DNA of 45,928 nt from a virus (lineage: Duplodnaviria; Caudoviricetes). A program made the translations under genes and the position numbers. Location: the IMG/VR virus record IMGVR_UViG_3300048848_000275, positions 1 to 45,928 of that record, one strand, 5' to 3'. Positions 27,339 through 37,952 of the stretch are shown here, piece after piece (position 1 is the stretch's first letter; each line of letters starts with the position of its first letter). The notes below the pieces were generated by a model that searched no databases, was not told the DNA's origin, and saw nothing but the letters and a program-made list of their open reading frames with translations.

Positions 27339-28523
27339 GCCGATCAAAGTCTCCCCCAGCGCCTCAGCGAGCAGCGGTGGCACCGCGTTCCCCACCTGTG
27401 TGTAGCGCGGGCAAGCATCCTTGCGGCGAGATCCACCCGTCGTATACGGCCCACGGAACGAGAACCAGTCTGGAAATGACTGCAGCCGTGCGTGTTCACG
27501 AACGGTCATGGAGCGAGGCTCCGAGTAATGTATTAGATCGTCGGGCAATGTGCTGATCGTCGGAGCGATGTCGTTCGGATCCAGTGCAGTGGTGCTCCGT
27601 TTCTTGATACCGAGGCGGGCCCGGTCCTGCGGTCGCAGGCATACGCCGCGCTCGCAGTTGTCGAGGATTTCCTGCATCCGACGAACGGAAGCGTCGCCGT
27701 GGCGAGGCAGCCGCAGATCCTCCGGTTGGCCTCTGCTACCCAGCCGCATTAGCAACTGGTATGGCGTCTTCCCCTTCGCAGCCCTGCTCAAAGCAACAAA
27801 GCCCTTGTGTCCCCATTCCTTGTCTGCACGTAGATCTGACAGGCCCTCAAGGTCCGACAATGCGGCTTTGCTGTCGGTGGTTCCGGGCCCGAGACCGCGT
27901 TTATGAAGGAATGCCCTTCGGGCAACCTTCAGTCGCTGGACTGGATCGATACCAGGAAGCGTGCCCTTAAGAGCTGCGATAAGGACAAAACGCGGCCGAC
28001 GTTGAGGAACTCCCCAATCAGAAGACCTGACGACTTCGGTCCAGCAGTCGTAGCCTAGGCGAACCAATTCACGGACTGCGTAATCGCGGTAGGTGCCGCC
28101 AGCGCGGTGCTTCATCGACTGAAACCCGACTACGTTTTCAAGCAAAACCAGACGGGGCCGTAAAACGTGTACGTATTCTAGGTAAACGTCTACCATCTGG
28201 CTTCGTGGATCGTCAGGACGCCGTAAGCCATTCATGCTAAAGCCCTGGCATGGTGGACCTCCTGCGACAAGATCCACTGATCCTTTGAGTTCGGCAAGTC
28301 TGTCGCGATGGCAACGGAGGAGCTCTTCGGCCTTCCAAGGCTGCTTTTCAAGCCACGAAGGCCACAGATGCCGGTCTCTGTTGCGATCAAGGAGGTTAAG
28401 CTTATACGTCGAGAACGGATCCGCATGCGCTTCCACTCCAAACAAGGTAGAGAACCCCGCATTTCCGAGGCCGAGCGACAGTCCGCCGCATCCGGCGAAA
28501 AGATCAACGCAGTTTGGAATCAT
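27219..28523 (-). CDS. DNA (cytosine-5)-methyltransferase
   Basis: Motif I DLFAGCGG, IV GGPPCQGFS, VI LENVVG, VIII PQRRPR, IX REHARLQSFPD, X QVGNAVPP. Confidence 0.96.
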   Translation of the reverse strand: MIPNCVDLFAGCGGLSLGLGNAGFSTLFGVEAHADPFSTYKLNLLDRNRDRHLWPSWLEKQPWKAEELLRCHRDRLAELKGSVDLVAGGPPCQGFSMNGLRRPDDPRSQMVDVYLEYVHVLRPRLVLLENVVGFQSMKHRAGGTYRDYAVRELVRLGYDCWTEVVRSSDWGVPQRRPRFVLIAALKGTLPGIDPVQRLKVARRAFLHKRGLGPGTTDSKAALSDLEGLSDLRADKEWGHKGFVALSRAAKGKTPYQLLMRLGSRGQPEDLRLPRHGDASVRRMQEILDNCERGVCLRPQDRARLGIKKRSTTALDPNDIAPTISTLPDDLIHYSEPRSMTVREHARLQSFPDWFSFRGPYTTGGSRRKDACPRYTQVGNAVPPLLAEALGETLIGLLAVQQQNKIAHLADSVDVRRKSSPDFREIGDADLVAAL

Positions 28524-28880
28524 TTTACCAGCATCTCATAGTAGCACCAGATTGTCCAGGGCGAAGCCGACCTGAATATTACGAAGTCAATGGCTTAAGT
28601 AGCAGATCATGGTTTCTCTCTAATTAAAAAGCAGCGACCCGCAGCGCGCAGCGGATATAGACACCGAGGCGGTAGCTCATCCGCTTCTGAGTGCGACGAT
28701 GACCACTAGGACTGACATGAAGGCACGTAGGGAAGGCGCTGACTTTCTGGTTGCATGATCCTGCGCTTCTCGATCTACGCCTCCCGGAATAAGGCCACCA
28801 TTGCTAAGCCAGTTTAAAGCGCGCCATTATGCGACTGACCGCAGGAGGAAGCTGATGAACGCGGAAAAGAGCCAGCGAAG

Positions 28881-29837
28881 ATGACAATCGAAGGACCGCA
28901 GATCGAGATTCCTAATTTCAAGATAATGCGAGAGATCGGCAGCGGTGCGAACGGCACCGTCTACGAGGCGCGGGATGCTCTACTTGGTCGACTTGTTGCA
29001 GTAAAGGTCTGGAATGTGCGCGGACGATTGAGAGCACAGTCCGAAACAGCTAAAATCGCAGGTCTGAGCCACCCGCTTGTTGTAACTACGCACTTGTTTG
29101 GGTTGGTGGACGAACATCCCTATGCAGTGATGGAGCTTGTACCGGGGATGTCCGGAAAGCAGTGGGTTCGAAATGCGCCAGCGGTTCAGACCCGAGTGGG
29201 AGTGTGGAAGATGTACGTTCGCGCGCTCCGCCACATCCATAGCACCGGTATCATGCACGGCGACCCTCATCTCGGGAATCTCATTGTCTTCACGGACGAG
29301 AGCGCGGCTTTTATGTCACGCAACTGGCGTGGAGAGCCCTCAGTAGCCATGAAGCTGGCGGACATCGGCACAAGCGAGTTCTGGCAGACGTCTAGCGACT
29401 TCGCAGACCGCGAGGCGCGGCTAATACTCGAGACAGCCACGAGGTTGTTCAAAGCAGAGCGGTTCAACGCGCTGGCGGACGGCCTTGGCGGACTCGGGTT
29501 TGTCGAGATGCTGACCGTGTGCGACTCAATAGTCGAGTGCATCTCAACGCTCAATGGGTTGCCGGATAGCTATGCATACTCTCTTGTAGCAGGATTGCTT
29601 GTCGATATCCTCATGAAGACACCGATGTTCGACTTGGACGAGTTGTATCGACAGGCATCTGAAAGTCCAGTGACTCAGGTCCGTCGTGTCATAACGCGGT
29701 TGAATGGGGCGCTTCTGGGATCTAACGAGCAGTATTGGCACAATGGCAACGAAGAGATCACCGACGAGACGCGGCTTCTCTACTTGAAGTGGCGTGAGGA
29801 ATGGCGCTCTGGGAGACGAATTGGACGCAGGCGGTAG
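28881..29837 (+). CDS. Hanks-type Ser/Thr protein kinase
   Basis: IGSGANGTVY Gly loop, VAVK, VMELV, HGDPHLGNL catalytic loop, LADIG; no transmembrane segment. Confidence 0.85.
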   Translation: MTIEGPQIEIPNFKIMREIGSGANGTVYEARDALLGRLVAVKVWNVRGRLRAQSETAKIAGLSHPLVVTTHLFGLVDEHPYAVMELVPGMSGKQWVRNAPAVQTRVGVWKMYVRALRHIHSTGIMHGDPHLGNLIVFTDESAAFMSRNWRGEPSVAMKLADIGTSEFWQTSSDFADREARLILETATRLFKAERFNALADGLGGLGFVEMLTVCDSIVECISTLNGLPDSYAYSLVAGLLVDILMKTPMFDLDELYRQASESPVTQVRRVITRLNGALLGSNEQYWHNGNEEITDETRLLYLKWREEWRSGRRIGRRR

Positions 29838-31549
29838 GAACATACAGCGCAAGTTCAGCGCGGCATCAAACCAGCATTATATGCTGCGATGCCGATTTCA
29901 TGGTCGCAACGGCCGTACCTATTTGAGGCTGGCCGAACCCAAAGACCACATCATTCGCGCAGAGTCCTTTGTTGAGGCGACATTGCCCTCGGCTCACAGG
30001 ATCGATGCAGCCCTCCGCGTTTTGACCGAGTCTCAGACGCGAGCGCCGCGGACAACGCCGGCGCCGAAGACCTGCTTAAGATACTAGATGCGGTAAGGGA
30101 CGGCGGTATGGCTCTCGCTGCGTTCGCCGCCCGTTTGACACGTCCGGACTACGGTTCTGGACCCTGGATTACTACCATCTGTTCTCGCGCAACGCCCATA
30201 TTCTAGTGAAGCAGTTCCGGACTGCCTTGCTCCGGGCGTTCGCGAACAGGGCCGCATGATGGAGCAGGCGGGGTCGATGATCGAGAATAATGACCATCGT
30301 TATTTGCACTATTAGCGATGGTGATGAGGTAAATCAAACGTCGGTGGGAGCGGAAAGCCTGCACGAATCATTCGTCGATGGGGCGCCTCGGTAGCCACGG
30401 CCCTTGACCTGCTGTGTAGGCTTTTCGTCTTCCTGGTACGGGAGGGTTGGCCGTGCTGCCTCAAGAGCTATACTTCCCGTACCACGAGGCCGGTCGGACC
30501 TCTGCAGCGCATACAAAGGGAGTTGGTCCTGAGGACGCAGACATGACGACCGTAGCTTTGCCATATGCCCTTCCTGACGCGCAGGAAGGGAACTCTTCGC
30601 CCTGTGAGGGATGCGCATTGATCTTACCCACTACATGACTTCTGGTCATATCCAGCCCAACTGCTGGATGGGCAGGGGGAGCGGGACAGGTACATTTATA
30701 TGCCGATCATGTAATGGTATGTATTCGCTAACGCGCCGGACATCGACCAAGACGGCAAGCATTTAGAAATCCCTATATTGAGCGGTTATACATTCAGCAG
30801 CGCGATGCAGCAGTACTCTACCGCGATCTGAACTGTGAACTAGCGGTCACGCCGGACTACCCGTTGCCGTGGCTTGCCAATCGACTCGAGCAACGCATCG
30901 TCCGTTACGGAAGCTTAAGCAAACACTGTATTCCACGCAGTTCTAGGTGATGACCGTACCGGCCACCTAGGATGCGGCGGATCGTGTAACCTGAAAGTCG
31001 CATCCTGTTCCTGTCGTGTTTACATTTTCGAATATCGGCCGAACCTCAAGAACACGCGCAGTAGGCATTTCTTTCGACAATCCGGCTGGCCTTCTTGAGA
31101 TTCCATCGCATGCAGAGATGGGCAAAAAAGCGCACTGGGCACTCGCGGTATTGTGAGTCCTATTAGGGCAAAATCAGTTCGCAAAAACAGTCATTTAAAT
31201 TGCGAACCATCCATACGGAAAGTCGAATCGATTCTTGATTTTTAGTAAATCGATAAGCGTATTGAGCAGGATTGGATTATCCAAAAATAACGCTGGAATA
31301 AGTTTTTGTCAACAATTAGTATAGACTAGCACGCCGTAGCATATTCTATCAAAAAGCGCAATCGAAATATAGTAATAGCCGGAATTTATGTCGAGTTGCA
31401 ACGCACGGATGGATCTGCTTACTCAGTTTCACTGATGTGGAATAAGGAGAGCAGTCGATGCGCGTCAACGGCGGCCTAAGTCGAAACGCCCTGTTTGTTC
31501 GCAGGGCTTCAGCAAGGTGCATACCTGTCGGTGAACTGAAGGCGGTAAG

Positions 31550-33442
31550 ATGTCGATAAACGACGCTGAGTCGCTAATATGTGCCGATGGCCTCGCGAAT
31601 AAGGCGCCGAGCTGGAGGCATATCGGGCCTTCGCTCGGAAATGACTTCTACAAAGATCTTACTGAAGTCGCGACGCAGTTGATAACAGATGCCCCCCTTC
31701 GACGCTTCTGGAGTTGGATGATCTCGCCGGGATCAGACGATCGTTCCGAAATCATAGATTTCTTCTCGTATGGTTCCTGGGCTCCGCACGGTCCGCACGT
31801 TGCTGCGATGAAGGTCGCGGCGCAAGTCGCCCGTTACATTGAAATCCATAATAAGAACTACAAAAAAGACTGGAGCCGAAGAGCGCAAGGGGTAATAGCA
31901 AGTTCTTTTGTGTCGTTAGCAAATTTACCTGGCGGAAAGTATCCAATTTTCGACAAAAGTTTACTTATGACCCAAGAGAGCAGCAAGCCGGGTAATCGTT
32001 CTTCTTTAGGTGCACTAGAATGGCCAGAACTAAAAGGCCTCAGGCCAGCGGAAAAAGATGAGGTCGCCCTTGAGCTTGTTGTTCAGGCAGCTCTTGCCAT
32101 TCTTGCAAAAGCAGAGGGGATATTTGCGTTTGGGCAGTCAATTTTATCGACCAATAGGCCTCCAAGGAAAGTTGATAAGGATTGCTGGTGGGCGGTAAAG
32201 AGATATCTGGAGGGAATGACGGGCCATCTTTCCAAAACTGGAAAGCTGTCGCAATCGGTCGTCGTGAGTGAAGTTAATCAGTCTGACGTCTGGGTCGTTG
32301 CCGGCCTTCGACCTGAACTCGTCGAAACCGGTTATCTCAGGGCGTATCAGGTACATGCAATCGGTCGTGCCTGTCTGGGTGCCAGCAGCGACGTCACCGT
32401 CGCAGTGAAGGCGGCTTTCTGCGTCGCGTCGGGTTGGAACAAGGAGCAGATCCAAACCCTTCCCCGAGACCCTTATGCTTTCCGATACGAGGACGCCGCA
32501 GGCATTTGCCAGGAAGCGTTCTTGGTCTCGTTTAAAAATAGAGCTGGGCATTTCGTCAACGCTCTTTTTGAGCGCGGCTTAAAGTTCCTGAAGCTGACGA
32601 AGGACCAAAATATAGCGTTCTGGGAAGAAACAGATCGCGAAATCAATGAAGCCGCCCATCTTCTTGTTCTAGGAGACGCATCCATCATGGATATGATGGA
32701 TCGCTATCAAGTGCTTACAGATGCAATACGCGGTTTTGACTTATTTGGAGATTTCTCCGACAGTTTTTTCGTATGTCTCGGCCAAGAGGAGCTTACCGGC
32801 GCCGAATACAATATCAAACTGTATGGGCTGGATAGTTACTTAGGAAGAGCGGGAGTTACATACCGATCCATAAGACAAAGCTACGTCAACGTAACACGGC
32901 GAGCTACTGGCTCGCTTGCGTCAGCGCGACATCTGACCAACAACGCAGACGTCGGAGTCATCCTAACGCACTACGACGATCCCGTCATTCAAGCTGAGCT
33001 AGATGAAGGTGTCGCCTTCTGGCAAAATTGCATACAGGCTCGTGTCGTTGAGAGTGAGCCGTCGCTATCCATTCATCTGGCTATTCCGGAAGTAGAGCTA
33101 GAGTGGTTTAGAAACCTATCGGTGGCAGCCGGAATTTCGGCTTCTCTCCAAATATCCAGCAGGAATGTCAACTTGTCCGAGCCGGAAATCCTCGAGGTCG
33201 TACCAACTCCTGAATTTTTTCAGGAACTGTATCTCATAGGCCTTAGCATATTTGCGGCCCGCAGCCGTATCGGCAACGATCGATGGCGAGTTCAGGCGAT
33301 ACCCATCCTTGCCTACGTGAAAGCCTTAAAGAGGCATATCCGCGAAAGCGGTCTCGTGGATCGATACGCAGGTGCCGTTAGGATCGCAATGAGAAAATTA
33401 CGGGCAGGAGAGATTGTTCCGCCCGCCGTTCTGATCAGCTAA
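31550..33442 (+). CDS. Tyrosine-recombinase-fold protein with degenerate catalytic motifs
   Basis: SGWNKEQIQTL (Asn where box-I Arg is expected), SFKNRAG, YRSIRQSY, LTNNADVGVILTHY; first gene of the recombinase operon. Confidence 0.6.
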   Translation: MSINDAESLICADGLANKAPSWRHIGPSLGNDFYKDLTEVATQLITDAPLRRFWSWMISPGSDDRSEIIDFFSYGSWAPHGPHVAAMKVAAQVARYIEIHNKNYKKDWSRRAQGVIASSFVSLANLPGGKYPIFDKSLLMTQESSKPGNRSSLGALEWPELKGLRPAEKDEVALELVVQAALAILAKAEGIFAFGQSILSTNRPPRKVDKDCWWAVKRYLEGMTGHLSKTGKLSQSVVVSEVNQSDVWVVAGLRPELVETGYLRAYQVHAIGRACLGASSDVTVAVKAAFCVASGWNKEQIQTLPRDPYAFRYEDAAGICQEAFLVSFKNRAGHFVNALFERGLKFLKLTKDQNIAFWEETDREINEAAHLLVLGDASIMDMMDRYQVLTDAIRGFDLFGDFSDSFFVCLGQEELTGAEYNIKLYGLDSYLGRAGVTYRSIRQSYVNVTRRATGSLASARHLTNNADVGVILTHYDDPVIQAELDEGVAFWQNCIQARVVESEPSLSIHLAIPEVELEWFRNLSVAAGISASLQISSRNVNLSEPEILEVVPTPEFFQELYLIGLSIFAARSRIGNDRWRVQAIPILAYVKALKRHIRESGLVDRYAGAVRIAMRKLRAGEIVPPAVLIS

Positions 33443-33458
33443 ATTAAGAGTCCATATC

Positions 33459-35834
33459 ATGATCGGCAAATCGCAGTACCGAGAAGCGCTTTCAGCGATA
33501 ATTATTCCGGCAAACATTATAGCTACTTCCGATGAGCTTGGGTTGGCGAAAAACGTGAGATGGTTCAACGGAGCGGATAGGGACCTAGCCCACGTCCAAT
33601 GGCACATCCGGACAGCTAATCCTGAGAAGCTACGCAAGGCCGATCAGTATGTGTCGTTCAATGCTGCACTTGATTTCAGACACGGCTGGACCGGCGGCGT
33701 TACGACGTTCCAAGATGCTTTGACGATGCGTGTTGTTTGTGTCGAGCTTCTCAAAGGCAATGGAACGGCGAAGCCTGTAGCGGCCGCCCAGATCGTGAAA
33801 ATCGCAGGATCTCTCGAGTGGTTGATAAGATGGAGAAACGCCGTAGGCATCCACTCAATTCGAGATCTGACTGAACAACATTACAGGCAGTTTGTCACAG
33901 ATGCCAGTACAACGGACATCACAGACTTAATTCCCCTCGTCGAGCGCATCGAGATCCTCGCGGAAGATCCAGACTACAGGCTTCCGCTATATGAGCATGG
34001 CAAAAGATACCGAATGCACTGGGAAACTTTTGCACATACGCTGGGTGTGACACGCTGGAACCTCGGCCAATCTCGGAAATTCCACGAGGCATTTAGACGC
34101 AACATTGCCGGGTTCCTCTGCAAAGGCGATATCGAGCCTGGCGTGGTAGATTTTTACGTCAAACCTACTCAGGGCAGGCCTTCTGTTAAGGCGAGGCCTT
34201 TCTCCAGGGTGGGTGCTTGGGACACATTAGAACGCCTTTCGCTCAGAGGGCGATTAGAGCAAGACTATCTCTAGTTCCAACCGTCGAAGGTGGACGTCAA
34301 GCGGGATAAGTATGATGGCAAGCGCACTAAATCCCTGTTTCCAGCCGACCTTTTAAAGCTTTTTAGGCTGTCGTCCGTCTGGGTGCTCGAGTACGCACCC
34401 TACATTCTAAGATGCTTGCGAGAAAGGCAGCTCATCAACCCGGATGGAAGTAGATTTCTTAACGTGCCACTAATCGCAAGTCTAATGGCGAAAATGGATC
34501 CTCTCAAGCCTGACGGAATGCCGCTTCTAAGTCTTGGCCTCGGGCCATCATTCCCGCTCCACGAAGGTCGCCTTGCTCTTACTACCGCGCTTAAATATCT
34601 GTTTGTAGCCGCCAGTATTCTAATAGGTGGTTTTGCTGGACGCCGTCGCGAAGAAGTTGCCTCTTTGCGAGAGGAGCCGCTTTTTAAACTCAACGGCATT
34701 ACTTACTTTACAATATACATTGAGAAAAGCTTAAGAGACGTCGACGGAGTACCTGTGCCAGCGTTAGTTGAAAAGGCGGTGGCGCTTTTGGAAGAGCTGT
34801 CCGCATTCGCACGAGAATGTCACCAAACTAAATGGCTTTTTCAGTTTAAGGCGGATCTTGCAGACGGCCAGCTACTCGCGGTGAATACGAATTTCGGCAA
34901 TAATCTGGTTGAGTTCGTAACGTTTTGTGGCCTTGAGGCACCCCAAGGGGAACCACTTTGGAAACTCACTTATCATATGTTGCGTAAGGGCTTCGTCATT
35001 AGCTCGTATCACGGAAATATCTGGGGTAGTTTCGATGCGACGAACCGCTCCCTCCGTCACAAAAGCTCTGATCAAAGCCGCCATTATATGGACGATGAGG
35101 AAACCGGTGCCCTTTCCTATCTGCGCAACGAGGTGCTTCGTCTGGCAAGGGTTGAGGTCGAGAACTTGTCGCCTCACGACCAGAAGTATCTTGCGGATGC
35201 GAAGGAAGCCCTGACGGGACACGACAGACGACGAAGACTTTGGAATGAAGGACGGCAAGAGTTTTTTGTCAGCAAGATGATGGAGATTTACGATGGGTCT
35301 GAACGACCCATTGGCAGGGGCGCCGCCGCACTGCTTGGCCAGTTGCAGGATATGGAAGCTAAAGCCTACGCCCGAATACGCATAGCGAGCATCCCTACGA
35401 ATGGGCCCGCGGACGTTCGGCAGGACATTTTGAAAGATCTTCAGACCGCAGCGGCGCACCAATTTCTGGAGCCGGTACCCGGCCTCCCTCTCTACTGCAC
35501 CTTCAAGAAAGGGCAGATTGGACAGTCGCATCTAGCAAATTGTTTGGTGCGACAGGAAGAGGATCGGTCACCTTGGGGTAAGGACACGCGTGTTTCCTCC
35601 GTTGCATGGCCTGCGTACGCATTCTCGGGAGTATTTCCCTGCCTACGTTGTAGTTTTTGCGTTCTCTTTAACTCCAATCAGCAGGACGTCGAGCTCACTA
35701 TAGAAGAGAGCAAGCAGGCGATTTCTAAAGCGGCAACCGCAGGCCTCGCGGCAGACGCTCAGGCATATGTTTCTAATCTCGTTCAACTGATCATCGATGC
35801 CGAGGAGGCGGTCAGTGGCAAGAGTCGTTCCTAG
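33459..35834 (+). pseudogene. Large tyrosine recombinase (~791 aa) interrupted by one in-frame TAG at 34272-34274
   Basis: ORFs 33459-34274 and 34290-35834 share a frame with only TAG between them; C-terminal half has GRRREEV (R), IEK (K), YHMLRK (HxxR), LRH…RHY (H,Y) and a Cys-rich tail (CLRCSFC). Confidence 0.82.
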
Positions 35835-36360
35835 AAAACGTACGAAGAATATACTCCCTGAGCTTAATAAGGTTACGCGAGATCCTATCGTCGCTAAGCG
35901 CTTTCCTACCAGCGAGAAATGGGACGTCGATTTAACGACTGATCAAGTCAAAGCCCTTGGTCCAAAGGATAAGAAAGCCCGCGTTTTCGAGGCGATGTGT
36001 CGAAAGGTCGAAATCCTCGAAGACTGCGCTCGTAACCCCCAATGCTTACTGCGAGAGCCGTCTATCCCGACTAATCGCAAAGGGCTACGTGAGTGGTCCG
36101 ACCCGGCAAGGGGGCTGTGGAGCTGGGTTTGGGTATCACTCGACAGTCCGTCTCATGGAAAAAACGGCGCTGTCATCGATGCATTCTTTGACGCTGTTCG
36201 AGACATAGAGAAAGCCACAGCGAGTAAGCAGTCTGGACTGAAGAGAGAGTTGAATGATCGAGATTTAATTATTCACCGTTATGAAAAACGTCTCGCCGAA
36301 CTACTCCATGAGGTTCTTGAACTACGAATGCAGGTTCACACGAAGAGAGACCGGACATGA
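35797..36360 (+). CDS. Small accessory protein with C-terminal coiled coil (TnpC/Srap/GmtX-like position)
   Basis: 187 aa; LKRELNDRDLIIHRYEKRLAELLHEVLELRMQV; overlaps both neighbouring recombinase genes. Confidence 0.6.
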   Translation: MPRRRSVARVVPRKRTKNILPELNKVTRDPIVAKRFPTSEKWDVDLTTDQVKALGPKDKKARVFEAMCRKVEILEDCARNPQCLLREPSIPTNRKGLREWSDPARGLWSWVWVSLDSPSHGKNGAVIDAFFDAVRDIEKATASKQSGLKRELNDRDLIIHRYEKRLAELLHEVLELRMQVHTKRDRT

Positions 36361-37952
36361 CGGAAACGACATACTCAACTGCCGACTTCCAGCTTACCTT
36401 TGCAGGGAAAGATTTTAGCTGGTCGAAGCAGGTGATGAATGGCCTTCCATTATTGCGATGTCCAAATGGCCTTTTGTTTGAACCTGTATTGGCGTTTTTT
36501 GCCTTTTCTGAGTTAGAGAGCCGGGTTGCAATCAGGTCGATGAGGTTGGAGGCGTACTCCATAAGGCAATGGATGGTTTTTCTTCAAAACAAGGGGTTGT
36601 CGATTTTTGATGCTACCGACAAGCTCATGACTGAATGGAGGACAGTTCTTGGTTGGCCGGATGAACCCTTGTCAATCAGGACTAAGAAAAACAAGAAAGA
36701 TACCGGTACAAAAGTTCGTATCGAACGAAAGCTGCATCATGTTTTTGAATTCTACAGGGTGCTGCCGCAGGCGATGCCGTTCATGGACGGCGGCCGACCT
36801 ACGCCGATAATGGTTGCTCCGAGCAAGGGGACAATAAACTACCCTATTACCTTTGAGTTGGTTTGGAATAGTCGCAAAAAGCAACACACAGCAAGATGGG
36901 CACGCGCCACTGGCATCGCTCTGATACCAAAACCTCCAATCGCTGCTACTGAAAAAGAAGTAAATCGCCTCTATACTTACTTGAGGGGATACGCTTTCCG
37001 CGTACAGAAGCGACTAAAAAATTCACCCGAAGCACTGAAGAAGGCCGAGGTTCTTTCTGACCGGAACTGGCTTATGGCGAAAACCATGGCCGAAGGAGGT
37101 TTGCGATGTGAAGAAGTTAGTATGTTGACCGTCGATCATTTGTCGGAAGCCCTGACTGAGGCCGGAATTACAGAAGAAGTTCTCGATCTCGATCGCTTGG
37201 CGGACGACGACCATCTTAAGAGGAAGATCAAGGCTCGGATATTGTCCCTTCGAGAGGGGAAGGAATACTCATTCGTATCAGTGGCGATAACGGGAAAGGG
37301 AAGGAAGACCCGATACGTACCCTTCCCGCCGCAAACAGTATGTGATTTGTTGGACGTCGGCGTTTGGACCTGTCGAAGAAGGCAGGTGGCTGTCTGGACG
37401 GAGTTCGATAGTGAGTATCGCGCTCCCCCCTATATCTTCCTCTCATATCAGTCAAAAGGTGAGCTCGACGAGGGGTCAATCGGCGATATCATTGGGAAAG
37501 CATTCCGGAATTTAGGTATTAAAAAGAGCGCCCACAAGCTGCGAAGTTTTTTCGCTACAGTGACCGCCGCTGCTCTGCGGCGACAATATTTCGCGCAAAA
37601 TCAGTATCGATTTGATCAAGCCTTAGTTAACAGGGTCATGGATGATCTTGCCAGAGCGCTTGGTCACGCAACGATTGATACCACCGTAAAATTTTACGTC
37701 GACAAGCAACTATTTGCGCATCTCACGAAGCTTGGAACGGCCGAAGCTAAGCTGTTTTCCCGCCTTTGGGACACTGTCGTCATGGGGAGGATGACTATTT
37801 CGCCTAAGCAACAGGAGATACTTCTGGGAATAGTTGAGAGATTTGGGCAGGTCGATGATCAATCATTCTTCACTTTGGCTCAGGAGGCGCTGCTTAATGA
37901 TCAGCGTCTCCGCGCAGAAATAGGCGACAAGCCGGGCCTAAGGCTGGCTTAG
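36357..37952 (+). CDS. Tyrosine recombinase/integrase (intact)
   Basis: DRNWLM…GGLRCEEV (R), ITGKGRKTRYV (K), AHKLRSFFA (HxxR), ALGHATIDTTVKFY (H,Y). Confidence 0.92.
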   Translation: MTETTYSTADFQLTFAGKDFSWSKQVMNGLPLLRCPNGLLFEPVLAFFAFSELESRVAIRSMRLEAYSIRQWMVFLQNKGLSIFDATDKLMTEWRTVLGWPDEPLSIRTKKNKKDTGTKVRIERKLHHVFEFYRVLPQAMPFMDGGRPTPIMVAPSKGTINYPITFELVWNSRKKQHTARWARATGIALIPKPPIAATEKEVNRLYTYLRGYAFRVQKRLKNSPEALKKAEVLSDRNWLMAKTMAEGGLRCEEVSMLTVDHLSEALTEAGITEEVLDLDRLADDDHLKRKIKARILSLREGKEYSFVSVAITGKGRKTRYVPFPPQTVCDLLDVGVWTCRRRQVAVWTEFDSEYRAPPYIFLSYQSKGELDEGSIGDIIGKAFRNLGIKKSAHKLRSFFATVTAAALRRQYFAQNQYRFDQALVNRVMDDLARALGHATIDTTVKFYVDKQLFAHLTKLGTAEAKLFSRLWDTVVMGRMTISPKQQEILLGIVERFGQVDDQSFFTLAQEALLNDQRLRAEIGDKPGLRLA

